Below the pieces are notes generated by a model. The model made no database searches, was not told the DNA's origin, and was given only the letters and a program-made list of their open reading frames with translations. Positions 1 through 14,383 of a DNA stretch of 64,000 nt are shown piece by piece. The stretch's first letter is position 1; each line of letters starts with the position of its first letter. Position numbers and translations under genes: made by a program. This stretch comes from Pecten maximus (taxonomy: Eukaryota): NCBI RefSeq assembly GCF_902652985.1, contig NC_047022.1, positions 6,138,001 to 6,202,000 on the forward strand, given 5' to 3'.

Positions 1-1132
1 CTACTAACTGACCCGAGTACTTGTGTGCCTACTATGTGTAGATATAAGGTTTTTGTTATAATTAATAGGCTCTGGTGGCATTCAAAGTCGATGTAAAATG
101 AAATATATTTCTTTTTGGGGATTTTATGAGAATTATAATAAATAATTACAACATTCAAAATATAGATCTACTATCGAGATAACATTGATTGTGTATTGTG
201 TCGGTATGTACGAGTTGTCGCCCGTGATTACGGAGATAGCCGCTTGAGGTACCAAACGATTGGTTCCGCAATGAAATCCTATAGCTGATTCTATAATGAG
301 AGGCACACTTCCCATAAAAAGAACAAAAATCGTCAGGTTTTTATATAAATTCAATATTTAATGATTTCCCGGTAAGTTCTGTTTGTTTTCTTGATCGGAT
401 TTTTATGTTAGGTGTCCAACATCCGTATCGGGATGTTTTCGTCGGTCCTCCTGTTCTCGCGTGGTCACGTGACCGGCACGAAGGACTATATTAACACTTG
501 GTCGGTAAATATGGCCAGAGCACCCGACCAACGTATTTTGTCGTACAAACAAATATGATGCACTTATTCATCGTGCTGAAACCGAAAAAAAGTGCTTTAC
601 ATTCTTCTATTTATTCAAGTATGGTTAATTGACGAAGTGACGATTAATTGACTAATTTTTAAGAAATTTTGACGATGTTTGTCATTTTTGTAAGAATGTA
701 CAGCACTTTTCGTTGTTCTCATACAATTACCTTCAAGCTCTTACCTGTTTCATAATTATTGATTTAGGGTAGTCGGGTGCTCTAGAACGATTTATAGAGC
801 AGGTGTTAATGTTCATTCTTCAATATTGGAACTCTTCAGTGTTTTAAGTATCGAAATCGGTATATAGAAAAGAACAAACGTTAATAAACGAATGTAATGG
901 ATCGTAATTAATACAAATAATTAATTACAGATGGTTTCCAAAGACATAAGGTAACGTTAGACATTTTCGCCTGTACATGCAAGTTTGTAAATTCGACACT
1001 GTGATAAAATCACCGACCTCATCGTTTCCATGACAGCCGATCGAAGCTCCGATCACGAATGCAATGTCAGAGTGAAAGTTGAAGTATTCTTTGCAACATG
1101 CCGTTCAAACTTAAAATTACATTCACACCTCA

Positions 1133-3870
1133 TATTGATTGGGGTTGTTTAATCATAAGTACGGTCTATTCGAGCATTTGCGTCTACCTTTCGGCTTTTG
1201 CAACAGTCCAGCAACGTTCAGCCGAGTGATACAGCTCGTTCTCCATGGACTCACATGGAAAGAATGTCTCGCATACTTGGACGATGTGATCGTACTGGGA
1301 GAGCATTTCGAATCGCATCTTAGAAATCTTATAGAGGTGCTCGCAAGGTTCAGAGATTTTAACCTCAAATTTAAACCGAAGAAGTGTCATCTCTTCCAAG
1401 AAGAAGTCGTGCTTTTAGGGAAAAGGGTGAGCAGGGATGGGGTGTTCGTCAATCCCGAAAGCAGTAAAACAATCGCAGAGTGGCCTGTTCCAACCACAAA
1501 GAAAGAGGTCAAATCATTTCTAGGCTATGCAAACTCTCATAGGGACCATGTACGAGATTTTGCTTAAGTCGCCGAGCCTTTTCATAACTTAACTGAAATA
1601 TCGAGATTCACATGTACTGACGAGCACCAAGGTGCATTTGACCAATTGAAGAAGTCTCTGCTTGGAGCAGTTACGTTGGCGCATCCCGATGCGAGTATTG
1701 TGTTCGTCCTGGACACTGATGCATCGAATGCTTTGATTGGTGAGGAACTTTCCTAGATTCAAGGCGGAAAAACACGTATGATTGGCTTCGCGAGGAAGGT
1801 GTTAACACCCGCTCAAAGGAAGTATTGCACAACGCGCAAGGAACTACTTGCCATAGTCACTTTCACGGGTCACTTTCGACACTATCTGCTTGGCAGGAAG
1901 TTTGTTGTTCGCGCGGACCACAATAGTCTGATATGGCTCCTCAACTTCAGGAACATCGAGGGTCAGTTAGCACGTTGGATTGAGGAACTCTCGTTGTATG
2001 ATATGGTCATACATTATCGGTCAGGAAAGGACTATTGCAATGCGGATGCATTATCTCGCGTTCGGGACCGGATTGAGGACTGCCTTAGTTACCAAAGATC
2101 AGTTCCTCTGCAAGATCCGCCTTGTGGGTGCTGCCCTTATTGCACTAGAGCTCGGAATCAACGGAAAACATTTGAAGAGAAGGTGGATTATATGATTCCT
2201 TTATCCCTCGCTGATGTCAGGACTACTAAGGTGATCTCCGGTGGGGACATGTCATGTTTGGAAGGTTTGACAAGGGAAGAGCTTAGGCAGTGTCAGCTTG
2301 ATGATAATGATCTCGGTCCGCTGATACACTGGCGGGAAGCCGGTTATTAGCCTGATAAACATGAATTGAAACTTTGCAGTCCGCCTACTCGTCACTGGTA
2401 CCTCTGCGGTTCGCAGCTTCTTCAGCGGGATGACGTCTGGTTTTACCGATGAGAGGATCAGTTTGGGGATAGACTATTGTTCTTGGTGCCATTGGAGATG
2501 AGGAATCAAGTTCTTCATAGCGCACACGACCTCAGGTTGTCAGGTCACTTAGGCCAAACGAAAACGCTTGAAAGGGTAAGGAGAAGTGCAATCTGGTATG
2601 GCATGACGAGCGATTGTAAGCGGTACGTGGATCAATGTGAAGCGTGTAACTCTCAGAAAGGCTACTCTAAGAAATCGAGGGCGCCACTGGGGAAGTTTCA
2701 TGCGGGGGTCCCTATGGAGAGGGTCCATGTTGATATACTTGGTCCATTACCTGTCAGTGAACGGGCAAATAAGTACGTTCTTGTCGTTGTTGATCAGTTT
2801 ACCAAGTGGGTCGAATGTTTTCCTTTGGCAGATCAGACTGCAGAAACCGTTTCAGGGGCATTGGTTGATGATTTAATTTCCCGTTTCGGGGTCTCTCTTG
2901 AAATCTATACGGATCAAGGGAGGAACAAGGACGGTGATACCAGAACGACAACATACCGGCCATGCTCAAACGGTCAGGTGGAAAGGTACAATAGGACGGT
3001 CCTTCAGATGATCAGGTGTCATGCGAAAGGGAGGCAGCGGATGTGGGATGTCCACCTTCAGCAACTTGCTGGCCCTATACGGGCAACGCAACATCGCCAG
3101 ACTGGTTTCACACCTAATCGCCTAATGATCGGTAGGGAGGTTGTCCAGCCTTTGGATTTAATGGTCGGAACAGTGGCAGTACAAACCAAAAGTTCAGTGC
3201 CGGACTTATATTTTGAACACCTAGAAAGGGGCATCAGAGAGACTCATTTACTTGCCCGAAGCCTTTTGAAGTCCTCGCAGACTATAATCTACGTTGTCGG
3301 CAGGTTTCGTACAGGACCGGGGATCTTGTATTTAAGATAGATTCGTCAGCAAAAATTGGACAGAGCCCGAGGCTTCGTGCTCCATGGCAAGGACCGTATG
3401 TAGTCTCAAAAGTTCTGTCAACAGTCCTTTACAGCATTCGCGACAGGAAGAATGAAAGTATCATTCACCACGATCGTCTCAAGCGATATAAGTCACTTGA
3501 CATTCCGATCTGGGCCAAACGATTAAGAGACAAAGCCCTCTGTGAGGGGATACCCACGGAACCCGTGGCAGCCGAGGCTCAAATTAGTGGAGAGGCAGGG
3601 GACGGGCATGCTCAGTTCCCAGCCACTGTTACATGTGAGGAGGATGAGGACGAGCTCCTGAACTTTCCGGGCGAAGCGGTGGACAGCCATGATTCGTTCT
3701 TCGCCACCGATGCTTGTGGGGAGGACGGCGTCCTCGGCTTGGCGGGAGAGGATCAAATGATTTCTGTGGATTCAATGGAGGTTTCTGGACACGCCATTCG
3801 AGACAGACGTCCTCCGCAAAGACTCGGGTACAACGAACTGGGTGAACCGAGTACGGACCCAGGTGACTGA
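1133..3870 (+). mobile_element. Decayed Ty3/Gypsy LTR retrotransposon pol (RT-RNase H-integrase), 5'-truncated
   Basis: RT motifs LPFGFCNSPATF and YLDD; RNase H DTDAS..IG and ELLAIV..ADHNSL; integrase HHCC, VHVDILGP, TDQG and NGQVER in Gypsy order. Premature stops near 1565, 1755, 2348 and 2450, and a deletion after DQGRN. No gag or protease seen. Confidence 0.95.
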
Positions 3871-3893
3871 TTCTGCCGGTGACTTGTCCTATT

Positions 3894-4131
3894 AAAATGG
3901 GGAAGAGTGTTGTGATCAATTGGTGCGAGGTGGTATTATTTAGAGACAAGTGTTCGCCAACTCCGACCGGAAGTGATGTGGTAAAGCGAATATCACTCGT
4001 CCGTGTAGTTCACACATAGTCAAGCAAGCATACAGACGTACATTCGTACTGTGCGGCGTGACTGTGAACTACACTTGCCAGCATAAGCGTAACATTGTTA
4101 CAATAGCGTACATAGGGCCATCTTTACAACA
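3894..4131 (+). mobile_element. Polypurine tract (3894-3907) and putative 3' LTR (3908-4131) of the Gypsy element
   Basis: AAAATGGGGAAGAG is followed directly by TGTTGT; the inverted terminus ACAACA ends at 4131. The right end is tentative because no 5' LTR is available for comparison. Confidence 0.6.
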
Positions 4132-4589
4132 TTACTATAAATAGACACTATTCTACATATAACCTCTGTATATGGAGAACGTGTTGCTGCTAGGGGCCTA
4201 AAGGCAGGGAATTGCTATTACGTAATTGTCGAATTTTCGAGTCTTAATATCTGCCCCGTTATTAAGTTACAACTAAATAATTAACGATCACATATAGGAA
4301 CATAAAACAGTTACACAAATGTAGTAGATAATCCATGGACAATATCGTAATGTTTATGAAGTCGATCCTTACGGTCGATAAATAATTCGCTTAAGGCCTG
4401 CTTTTAGTTAATTAAAAAACATCTTCTTTGTGCATGGCATTTGTTCAATAACGTCGACGCTAAAATTTACCATCAATAAAGAAAACAAGAATAAAAAAGA
4501 ACGAAGATTTGCACCTTCACTCTTCAATCTTTGTCAATAATGAGTATACGTTGTCCATCATTGTCTTGGTTCCCTAATGTCTATATCAT

Positions 4590-5230
4590 CGTGAGTTCTG
4601 ATGAGGATTTTACGACTTACTGGAGTTTCCTTCCTATATACCATGCATGCGACCATCCATCGTCCAAAATGCGTCAATACTTTTGTCATGTTTGAGTTGT
4701 AGTAGATGAGCCACAAGGTCTTGGCGGTATTTCATGAGGTCTTCGGTGACAAATAATTTGTTCAGGTTGCGCGTTAGTTTTGATTTAGACATACATATTT
4801 TGGTCTTTATTTTCAAATTCTTGAGTCTACAAATAAGCTTTTCCGGTAGTAGGGTTAATTTTGCCTATGATATGTTATCTGTCTTCGTAGTTTTTCGAGA
4901 TTTCCACGCCATGCTTTTCGAGCAAAGTTTAACTAAAATGGCATCGCTATTCTGGATTGTATCCGGTCTAAGTGGTATTTTATGATAACACAAAAAGTTC
5001 CTTCGCCTATACTGTTCTAAATAAATCCTCAATACTAGTTTGAACATCCGAGAACTGTCCGTTTAGGAGCTCGTTTTCGGCAACTTGCTTTTTGTTTTGC
5101 TCCTCAAAGTTATCAGTTTTTTCATCTTAGACTTTCTGTCGATTGATAGGACGATTGACTGCCTCTCTTACTGCATCTTGAATGACTGCGTCAATATTAG
5201 GCATAATAGCTTCAGTAAACTTAAGGGTCA
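4590..5230 (-). pseudogene. Degraded LINE ORF1p-like (L1TD1/transposase_22-type) remnant
   Basis: Fragments LEQYRRRN, DAILVKLC and LFVTEDL...AFWTMDGR lie in several frames and resemble the ORF1 RRM/CTD motifs EQYSRRN, INEDLT and WTxDG. Confidence 0.55.
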
Positions 5231-8061
5231 TATATATAGCAGAATAATGTTGAATTTCAAACACGAATAAATATGTTAAAATTTGCACAAAAATAGTCAT
5301 GTAATAAACCAAAATGTTTGTTTGGACATGTAGTGTCTTAAAATCACAAATAATTTGTGTAGATGCTAATAATTTCTTCTATGGAGTTACTTTGTGGTAA
5401 GTTGTAGTATAGAATAATTCTAAGTCACAAAAATAACCAAACCTGAAAAATAGCCCAGCTGTCATGCCCACAAGTGTCTATAGAACAGGTTGGGAGCATT
5501 TGTTTGACCGGATTTGACTTTATGCCATTTCAAATGCTACTTAATCATACTTTAAAGACATCTAAGTATAGTAAGAATGACATTTTTAAGACAAATTGTC
5601 AAACTAGTGAGCTTTGGGCCTTTTTTCAGAAACATATATTTTACCCCGAACTCAATGGATAAACAGTTTTTCCTAAATACAGTCTTCCTGCCATGTCTAG
5701 AGTTCTCTAAAGTATCTAATATGAGCATTTTTGACGTTCGAAATACAAAAGAAGATGTACCTTCTTATATGCCATAATTGTGTGATATTATTCACAACCG
5801 CCAGTTGCATTGAAGGTCAAAATAAAATCAGTGTTAATACATATCACAAAGCCAAATCTAGTCAAAGCAATGCTCGTATGTTGTGCTTTAGACTCTTGTG
5901 GGCAAAACGAGATGACTGTTTTGCACAATAAATGCGATACAAATGAGTTAAATATGTCCCCCTGCAAAATGCATTTTCTCATGTTTTGTAGAAATTGACG
6001 AACTACTGAACAAATTAGATTTCAACAGCAAGGTTCACAGTTTGACATGATATATGATATCAAAATTTTATCAAGTTACTTCTATTAAATTGCACCCTAG
6101 TAGGGATGTATAGTCTTGTAAAAAATCAACTGTTTTTGCGGATTTTCTGTTAAGATGCCCCTTAACAAAGTTGTCTGCATAAAGGTAGAGTCATTGGATT
6201 TGTTATTGATGATCTGGTCAAGGTTAACATTTTTGTCTTTTGCTAGTTGGAGTGCAAGCCCAGAGGCTGTAGGGGAGGAGAAACGTTCAGGACATGATAG
6301 ATCTGGTAGAGAGCTCCTGCGTTTGGACGCGGAGTCAATAGGATACGAAGCCTGTTGTTTTCGTTTCACAGGACTAGCTAGCATACTGGCTGTTCAATGT
6401 AGGGACAATTGGCGGTACGTGCACTATATACAGATATACCTGAGCTCAACTGTGAACAGCCTTTCAATTTTCAATGTGGGTAGGTCCATTAGTGTGTTAA
6501 CAAAACATATTGATTAGGAATACTACTGTGTCCAGCAGGGTGCTGTTTTAGACCATTCGTTTTTGTTACAATTTCATATTGATAACACAGGGATTGCATC
6601 ATTTAATTTTAAAACAGTGTTTACACATATTCATGTAACTATGTGATCAATTGTCCACATGTTAACAATTTTGTCGCTAAATCTAGACCAGTATAAATAC
6701 AAATTATGCAGCTGGTGATGAGGTTTGTTATATCATAAACAACTATATACATGTATATATACAAAAAAACCTATTTCCACTAAATCACTCGTATAGACTC
6801 GTCTCAAATCAATATGCTAATCAAAGTTCAACACGACAGATCATTCTGGCCGGACTATGTATAGAATATTAAGAGGTCAACTATGTCCCGTTTAACAGTT
6901 TACCATCAATTCAGCACACTTCGATACGTGCCTTGCAAAAACATCATGCGAGCCAAATGTTTGGCGAATTTCACGGTCAGTACTTATTCACTGCCGATCT
7001 GATTAGTCACCTAACTAGCTATATTATCATTGAAGAATGGGTTGAAGAATGGGAGACTAGTATTATTCAAGTATATCTTAGACTTAATCCTGATAGCAAG
7101 CCTTTTGGTACCAAGCCTTGACGTAAAACGTCTACATTTTCACCACAACCCGCAGTCTCTGTGCAACCCTGTGTAGACGTTTGATTGGTATTTCTTCATT
7201 TTTGAAAATGTCTTTGACCAACTCAACACAACACAACGTAACCAACATCATAAGCCCTGGAAACAGCAACATGTGTAGCTTTAACTGATCTTCGCTCCTT
7301 GGTGGCGCCATTTTCCACACTCATTTGCAAGTGGAGGTAAAGTATATTTCGTCAAAGGAGAGAAAGGTCCAAAGTTTTCCCTTTTTCTTAATTCTGTAAG
7401 ACCAATACTGGTTAAGCTCCAAATGTAATCGCCACCATATTTTTAAACATGGTCAATGGATAGGTTTTTTTCGAGTCTGAATGATTTTCATAGTCTCAAC
7501 ATCTTTAATCCGTATTTTGTAATTTATCTACATTGCTATTCTTGATAGAATTATACATGGGCTTTTCGAAAGACTTCAGTACTTATTTCATTTGGGCTTG
7601 CAAGAACTGTCAAAACTTGCACCATGATAGGGAGCGCCAATGTTTTAACCAATGATTGATAAATTCCTGAGAGACCAATTAGCCAAAAGATTCTCTATTG
7701 CTTAATATTTTTTTCAGTGAAATTGCTATCAAAAATATTTTCTTTGGATAGATCATATGAAATTCCTATTAGCTTGAATTTACTATTGTGATTCCAGAAA
7801 ACTTTCGGAATTGTTTTGATTTCCTCTTCGCAGCTCCGTATTGTCCCTATCAATACAGCTTGAGTTTTGTCAAAGTTTTCCTTCAAGCAGGAACATTCTC
7901 CAAAGATGTCAATCAAGAAAAGATGTTTTTCTAATGATTTCTTATTATCATCCAGTGTTAGTGTTGACTCATCCGCGAATTGACTTGATATATATTCCGA
8001 ATTATTTTGGATAAAACCTTTAATATCAGGATCAAACTTCATAGCTGCTGAAAGAAGTTAA

Positions 8062-10044
8062 AAGGTTTTGGACACACCAGGTATTTTTCCATTTTCTAGC
8101 AGCCCAACCCCATAAATATTGGCTGGGCCAGGTTTCCACCTCGCGTCGCAAAGCTGTTTATCTATTTTAGGCCAGTAGGGGGATATTGCTGCTGGCTGAA
8201 AAATTTGAATGAGCTAGGTGGTCACGTGGTCCAACGCGTCATCTGGTTCACATCTCGATGATAGCGTCTACTCGTTACATGCATTATAGAGAGAAACTAC
8301 AAATAGTTTGATACTATTTTGCAATTATGGAAAGCAATGACAGTGATTTTCCTGATGTGGGCTCGATTCCCAACATACTTCCGTATCAATTTGAGCCTAT
8401 CATCAACAACATAAATTCACAGGCTGTCAACGAGGAGGTTACATCATCAGCTGATTCAGACATCGATCAGGATTCTCAGGACGGACAACTTCAAAGAGCC
8501 CCATATTATTTTGTAAACATTTAAAGCAATAACAGTGAATGTCCTGATTTTATCATCTTACATGTTTAGATTTTCTTTCCACACCTCATGTCTGTAATTG
8601 TATAATCAAAATAGTAGACCAGCGGACAATATCATAACCTTGGTAATTTACTAATATCACATGTCATCTTTTTATTTTATTTTTATTCTAAAAACTCAAA
8701 TAATGGCATATACACTATAGGTCTACTCAGAAATGTAAATATCACATGTGATATATACATCTCTGGTCTACTATACAGTGAGATGACAAAATGACCTCAC
8801 TTGTGCAATCTTTTTACGGTGATTAATTTTCCTAGCCTTGTTAACCATTTTATTTTTGGCATAATTTGATAAGATTTTGTACACTTTTAAGAACATGTTT
8901 TTCCCTTTTCTGACGAAATATTAACATAAAAATATCCATTTCTTAATTTTGCAAGATAAAGATTTGATAAAAATGCAGTAGTTTGATTTTTATCTGAGAC
9001 GATACATGTATTTTGTGTACATTGAACTTTGAGGATTTCCTTTGTACACATTAGATCAAGAATTTTTAAATATTGGTTGAAATTAAAGCATCCAGATAAT
9101 TTTTTACTCAAAGCATGATGTGATGACATGTTGGAAACTAAAGATCCTTGGATTCTTTATTTAAATCAGTAACTTTGAACTGTCAGTCTTTTGTTTCAAG
9201 AAATCAGTTACTGTTCTGTTCAATTTTATAGTAATGTACTCAAACAACGTCCTTTTTTGACAATTTCCTTAAAGAATATTTATGAAGGTTATGAAGGAAA
9301 TGTATTTGATGTGGTGAAAATGTTACGCAGACATTCGTATTGATTGATTAAAACATATCATTTTAAATACTATAGTATCTTTAAACGTATTCAGTTACTC
9401 AAAGTAGAAAATATAAAAGAACTTAACAATTTAGGAAAATATTTATCACTAGCAAATAAACTAAAGGAAAGATTTTTTATAAGACTTTAATAAGAATATA
9501 TTCATTTTTAAAGATTATTTCTCTGTTTCCCTGTAACAAATCTGACTAATTAGCTTATTGAATTATAAATCATGTAAGCGTGGATGCCTTTGTCCATTAA
9601 TGTTATATACTATTTTATCCAATGAGTTGTAAAACTTATGGAATAAAGTTGAATTTAATACAGTTGTTTAATGAATAACGGGATCATCACTGGAGTACAT
9701 GTAACCAATTCACTGTTGTAACCCAATATATTAATGTAAAGTACTCCCATATCACAAAACCTTTGGTAGATAGTGTGTAAATAGTGATTTAATGCGACAC
9801 ACATTTGGTGTTATTAACGTTAGTTATACTATCATATCGGCAGCAGTGAACCTGTGACGTAGGAGGCTGACCGACCTCGTTATCAGAATGAAATTTTGCA
9901 TATAGGTCAGTTGTCCAGATGGGCCATTGCTGTGCCCTGTATCTCAGCGTGTATATACACAAACCCAGGAGTGTGAGGGTAATATGACTGGTTTTCATAA
10001 AACCAACCTATAGACAACTTTAACCTTTTTGTGTCTAAAACCCT
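8062..10044 (+). mobile_element. Kolobok-like DNA transposon, non-autonomous or decayed
   Basis: TTAA on both sides (8058-8061, 10045-10048). Imperfect TIRs AAGGTTTTGGACACA / TGTGTCTAAAACCCT. Internal acidic ORF 8327-8524 contains PYQFEP. Confidence 0.7.
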
Positions 10045-10053
10045 TTAAAGACA

Positions 10054-10465
10054 TGTAACAGAAGACTCTTTTCAAACATCAAGCGGAGAACGATTCTTTT
10101 TATTCCTTTCATTTGGTTCCTTTAGACAAGAAACCAGACTGTCCGGCACCCCGATCCTTCAACAGCTTTGCAGCTAAGGCTAATACTATGATTACTACGA
10201 TGTGTTGCCCTCGTGAGCCAAACACATAATGATGGTGCGGTCAGCAGACCGGATGTTAGAGTGTTATGTCCGGCGGGAAATTGGAGCGTGCAGTGCGAGT
10301 ACCGGTCAGTGTCGTACTTGTCGCATTGCATATGTCCCGAGTCCAGGTCAATGTCAACATATATGTCAAACACACAGCACGGATGTCAAGATCACGTGAT
10401 TATATAACCCTGACCATATACAGATTTACATACATAGACATGTACACATATAATACTGGGTTACA
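10054..10465 (-). mobile_element. Solo LTR (412 bp)
   Basis: TGTAAC...GTTACA termini; 4-bp TSD GACA (10050-10053, 10466-10469); AATAAA on the minus strand near 10100. Removing it restores the L1 sequence seen uninterrupted at about 10627-10650. Confidence 0.8.
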
Positions 10466-11006
10466 GACAGATAATAAATAGATAGGGAGACAAAGGGTCT
10501 CCCTGTTGTACACCTAGGGTAACATATAAAAATAGAAAGAAAGTATTCGCGAATTGACTTGATATATATTCCGAATTATTTTGGATAAAACCTTTAATAT
10601 CAGGATCAAACTTCATAGCTGCTGAAAGAAGTTAGAGACAGATAATAAATAGATAGGGAGACAAAGGGTCTCCCTGTTGTACACCTAGGGTAACATAAAA
10701 AAGTAGAAAGATATCCATTATTTTCAACAGTTGTTGATATGTTGGAGTACAAAGTCTTGAAACAATTAAACATATCATTAATATAACATCATTAATAATC
10801 CTCGAACATTCTCCGATATAACGACCTTTGACAAAACCGGACTGGCTTTCACTGATTATATTCATTAAAGTGGGTCTCCAATTTTTAAGATATCATTTTG
10901 ATTTCCCCGATTTAGTTATACATTTTATTATTCCTTGGTGTTGGCCTATTGACACTGATTGATCCTGAAAAGTTTGGTTGATAAATTAAATATAGAATGT
11001 ATTTAT

Positions 11007-12425
11007 CCCAGTGGGCACACAACGTCTGGAGAACGTTGCAGTTACGTCAGGATGCAACGTTGCATTTAGGTTGTAGTAATGTTGCAAATGAAAGTTTGGG
11101 GAACGTTTTCATACAACGTTCCCACAACGTTACTGAGTTACGATGTGGCAACGTTTTATTTACGTTGTATAGACGTTGCCACAACGTCGTATTATTTTCT
11201 TTTCTACTATTGTTACCTATTATGTACAACAAAAACTCAAGTTTTTTTTAAACATTATTTTAATGTCTTTATTTCCATGTGTCCATGTGCTTGCACTCTT
11301 CCCATCACTCATATCTCTGATGTCTCCAATTACCTCGGTGCATCCAGTTATCACCATTTAATCTGTAAATAGAAAAACAACCAAACAATTATTATTGATA
11401 TACCGTAAACTTTTCGGCAATATATCATAACGTGCTCGGTTAACAAATATGCGTGAAACTAAACTTATGCCCGGTGATACCAAAAACGTACATCCGTTGT
11501 ACGTACGTACGTGAAGATAAATCATAGCATGCCCGATCTGTTTGTAAATAAACACAAGTCAAAATCAAACGCAGTGTAATTAACAAAATACGAATCATAC
11601 AGAACTTACCTTGAATTACTGATCTGTATTCGGGAAGAAAACTGATTCCATATGTTATTTTGAAAGCAAATACATACTCCAGTATAGCAAGTCAACAGTC
11701 CGATTGAAATGTGTGTGTGTACGGCCCACGTGTGTTTGCAGAACAAAGAACCGGAAGTTAAAATTACCGCGCAAATATCAATACTCTTTTTTCTTCTCTC
11801 TATCTATTTCTTTCTAATTGCAACAGTTTCAAACAAAACATGATATTTTCATGCAGTTAAAACTGAAATTAAAGTCGTTTAAAAAAAATGTTTTTGAAAT
11901 GAATGCGAATGTTTGCATTGCCCCCTGGCGGATATATATTGCAACATAAAGGGAGGTAACACCGATTTGTTATCGTAACCTTGTAAGTTCGTTTGATCAC
12001 ATTTATCTGTATTAAAGGAGGTCTTACAGCAAAATTGGATCAGGAAAGGATCAATAATCGATATTATATAATTAGGGCACATTATAGGCGACGTAGGTTG
12101 CTTTTAAACTAATCTAAACATATTCATTATTGACAAATAAAATTTCGAGCAAATTAGATAATTAAATTTATCTTTATCATTAAATTTGATGTTTTCGTTC
12201 GGTATGTCTTTGGCATTTATGTAAACTTGCAAGCCGTTTAAAATTAACAACAAATACACAAAGTTTGCATTAAAACCTTGTTACAACGTTGTCACAACGT
12301 CAAAAGCTAACGTTGCACTAACGTTTGACATAAAACGTTCTCACAACGTTGTAGGAAAGTCCCGGACGTTGTGACCTGAATAGGACGTTTTCCGGACGTT
12401 CTCCGAACGTTTTGTGTCCACTGGG
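11007..12425. mobile_element. Non-autonomous TIR DNA transposon (CCCAG...CTGGG termini, EnSpm/CMC-like)
   Basis: TIR CCCAGTGG(G/A)CACA(C/A)AACGT; AT dinucleotide on both flanks; subterminal arrays of AACGTT palindromes. The superfamily call is inference. Confidence 0.75.
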
Positions 12426-13317
12426 ATGTCAGACCACACAAATTTGTAAAACAGTTGTAAAGCCATCAAGGCCTGGGATTTCCCATTGCTCGTATCTTTT
12501 CAAAAGTCTTCAGACATTCCTCTACCGTGAGTGGTCTATTCATTGAATTGCTTTTCTAGAGTCATTTTACTTAAATACGGATTATTTTCATTGATTGTTG
12601 ATTGGTGTATTTCTGTAACACCAGTGCCTTTTTTACTATACCAAAATTTTTCTTTTAGTATATCATGAATGTCATAAATCTCATTTCCTTAAGATGAAAT
12701 TAGTTTAGTAATTATCTTTTCAGTATATTGTCTTTTTTAAGGTAACAAAAGTACTTCGTACTGTTTTCTCTCTCCACCTCCACCATCTTGCTTTTGCTCT
12801 TGTTATAATACCTTGTATTTTCTTATACCTCAGTGTTTTATGTTGTCCTTCAATATCTGGTATACCATGATTTACACTATCAACATTATTTGGAGTGCTT
12901 TGAAGTACAGGCATGTATCTCAAATTTATCCATTTTTAGATTTTAATAAATCACAACCTCCAGTGAGATTTTCTTATAGAATGTGTACATCATATCAATT
13001 GAAATGGTCTCATTCTGTTAAAATACTATGAGATTAAAAATAATTACACAATTTCCATTGATGTAAAGTACATATTCTATAAAAAAAAAAAGCTTAGTCG
13101 GAATTGTTGGAGATACATTCCTGTTCCTCTAAACAATATGCAGATGTATATTATACAAATATCTTACTTCATCTGCTTCTTTGTTTTCTTAAAAGCTGGG
13201 TAACTGATAGTTTCCCCTCTTATAATTAATTTCAGAGTTTTCAATAGCAATGTATCATCTATGCTATATACTGCATTCACTATAGCATTGCTATCATCTG
13301 TCCTATACTGAGGAATC

Positions 13318-14383
13318 CACAGTATCGAAACATCTTCACTCAAAACCAAAAACTCGTACCAACCTTTGGCATCCGAATATCAAATTTTCTAGAAGAATTA
13401 AACATATCTTTAGACAACATAGCCACGTATTCAGTACCGGATATACCACCATGGCTTGTTAAAACACCTGACATTAATTTCACGCTACATGAGCGGGCAA
13501 AGGCCAGTGCATTACCCGCAGAACACAAATCCTCCTTTCGGGAGTGCATTGCGGGTTTCCCTACTCATGCACAGAACTACACTGATGGCTCAAAATATGG
13601 TGAGAGGGTTACAGCAGCCTGCTGCACTACTCACCAAAATGGCATTAAACCTAGACCAAACAAACATCAAGCTTCCGTATTCAGATATAAAGCCAATCAT
13701 TCAGTCAGCCATTCGACACCAACTGCAACAACGATGGTGCACAGAGACAACAAATAAACTTTTTAAACTGCAACCAAAACTTAAGCCAAGTCTGCCCAGT
13801 CGGAGAGATCGCAGAGAGGAAGTTGTCCTCTCTCGCCTCCGAACTGGGCATACCTACATCACACAAGTGCATCTACTGAAAAGGGGAGATCCGCCTATAT
13901 GCCACGCATGCGACTCCCCTTTCACTGTGGAGCATTTTTTTAATTAATTGCGCAGACTTTAAACATGTCCGGGATAAACATTTCGATGTTCCCGACATGA
14001 AAACACTCTTTGATATTGTAAGCGTAGATCGTATCTTTGAATATCTGAAAGAGATGGATTTGTTTTACAAAATGTAACTCTAAATTTATCATGATCATTC
14101 AACAATACCTCATCCGTTCTTATCGTTCCAAACCATTCATCATAGTTTGAATTCTCATCATTCATTATCACTTTTAACATGAATTTTTTCTGAATCTTAG
14201 TTTTATTCCTGGATACCTTAAATGCATTTTGCTTGTTGATCATCTTTTTAAATAAACAAATCTCTGTTTTATCTGTCCACCTTTATTTAATGAAGTGACC
14301 GCTCCATCTTAGAAATAGCTAAACCGACTGGCCCTAAATGATCATAGTTATCGATGGGCCGTTAAACTCAAACAAACAAACAA
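13318..14383 (+). mobile_element. 5'-truncated I-group (Nimb-like) LINE with RNase H remnant and CCHC knuckle
   Basis: IPPW and YTDGSK (RNase H start, then an internal deletion), LSRLRTGH, C..C....TVEH...C; (CAAA)n tail; 11-bp TSD ACTGAGGAATC (13307-13317, 14384-14394). Confidence 0.85.
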
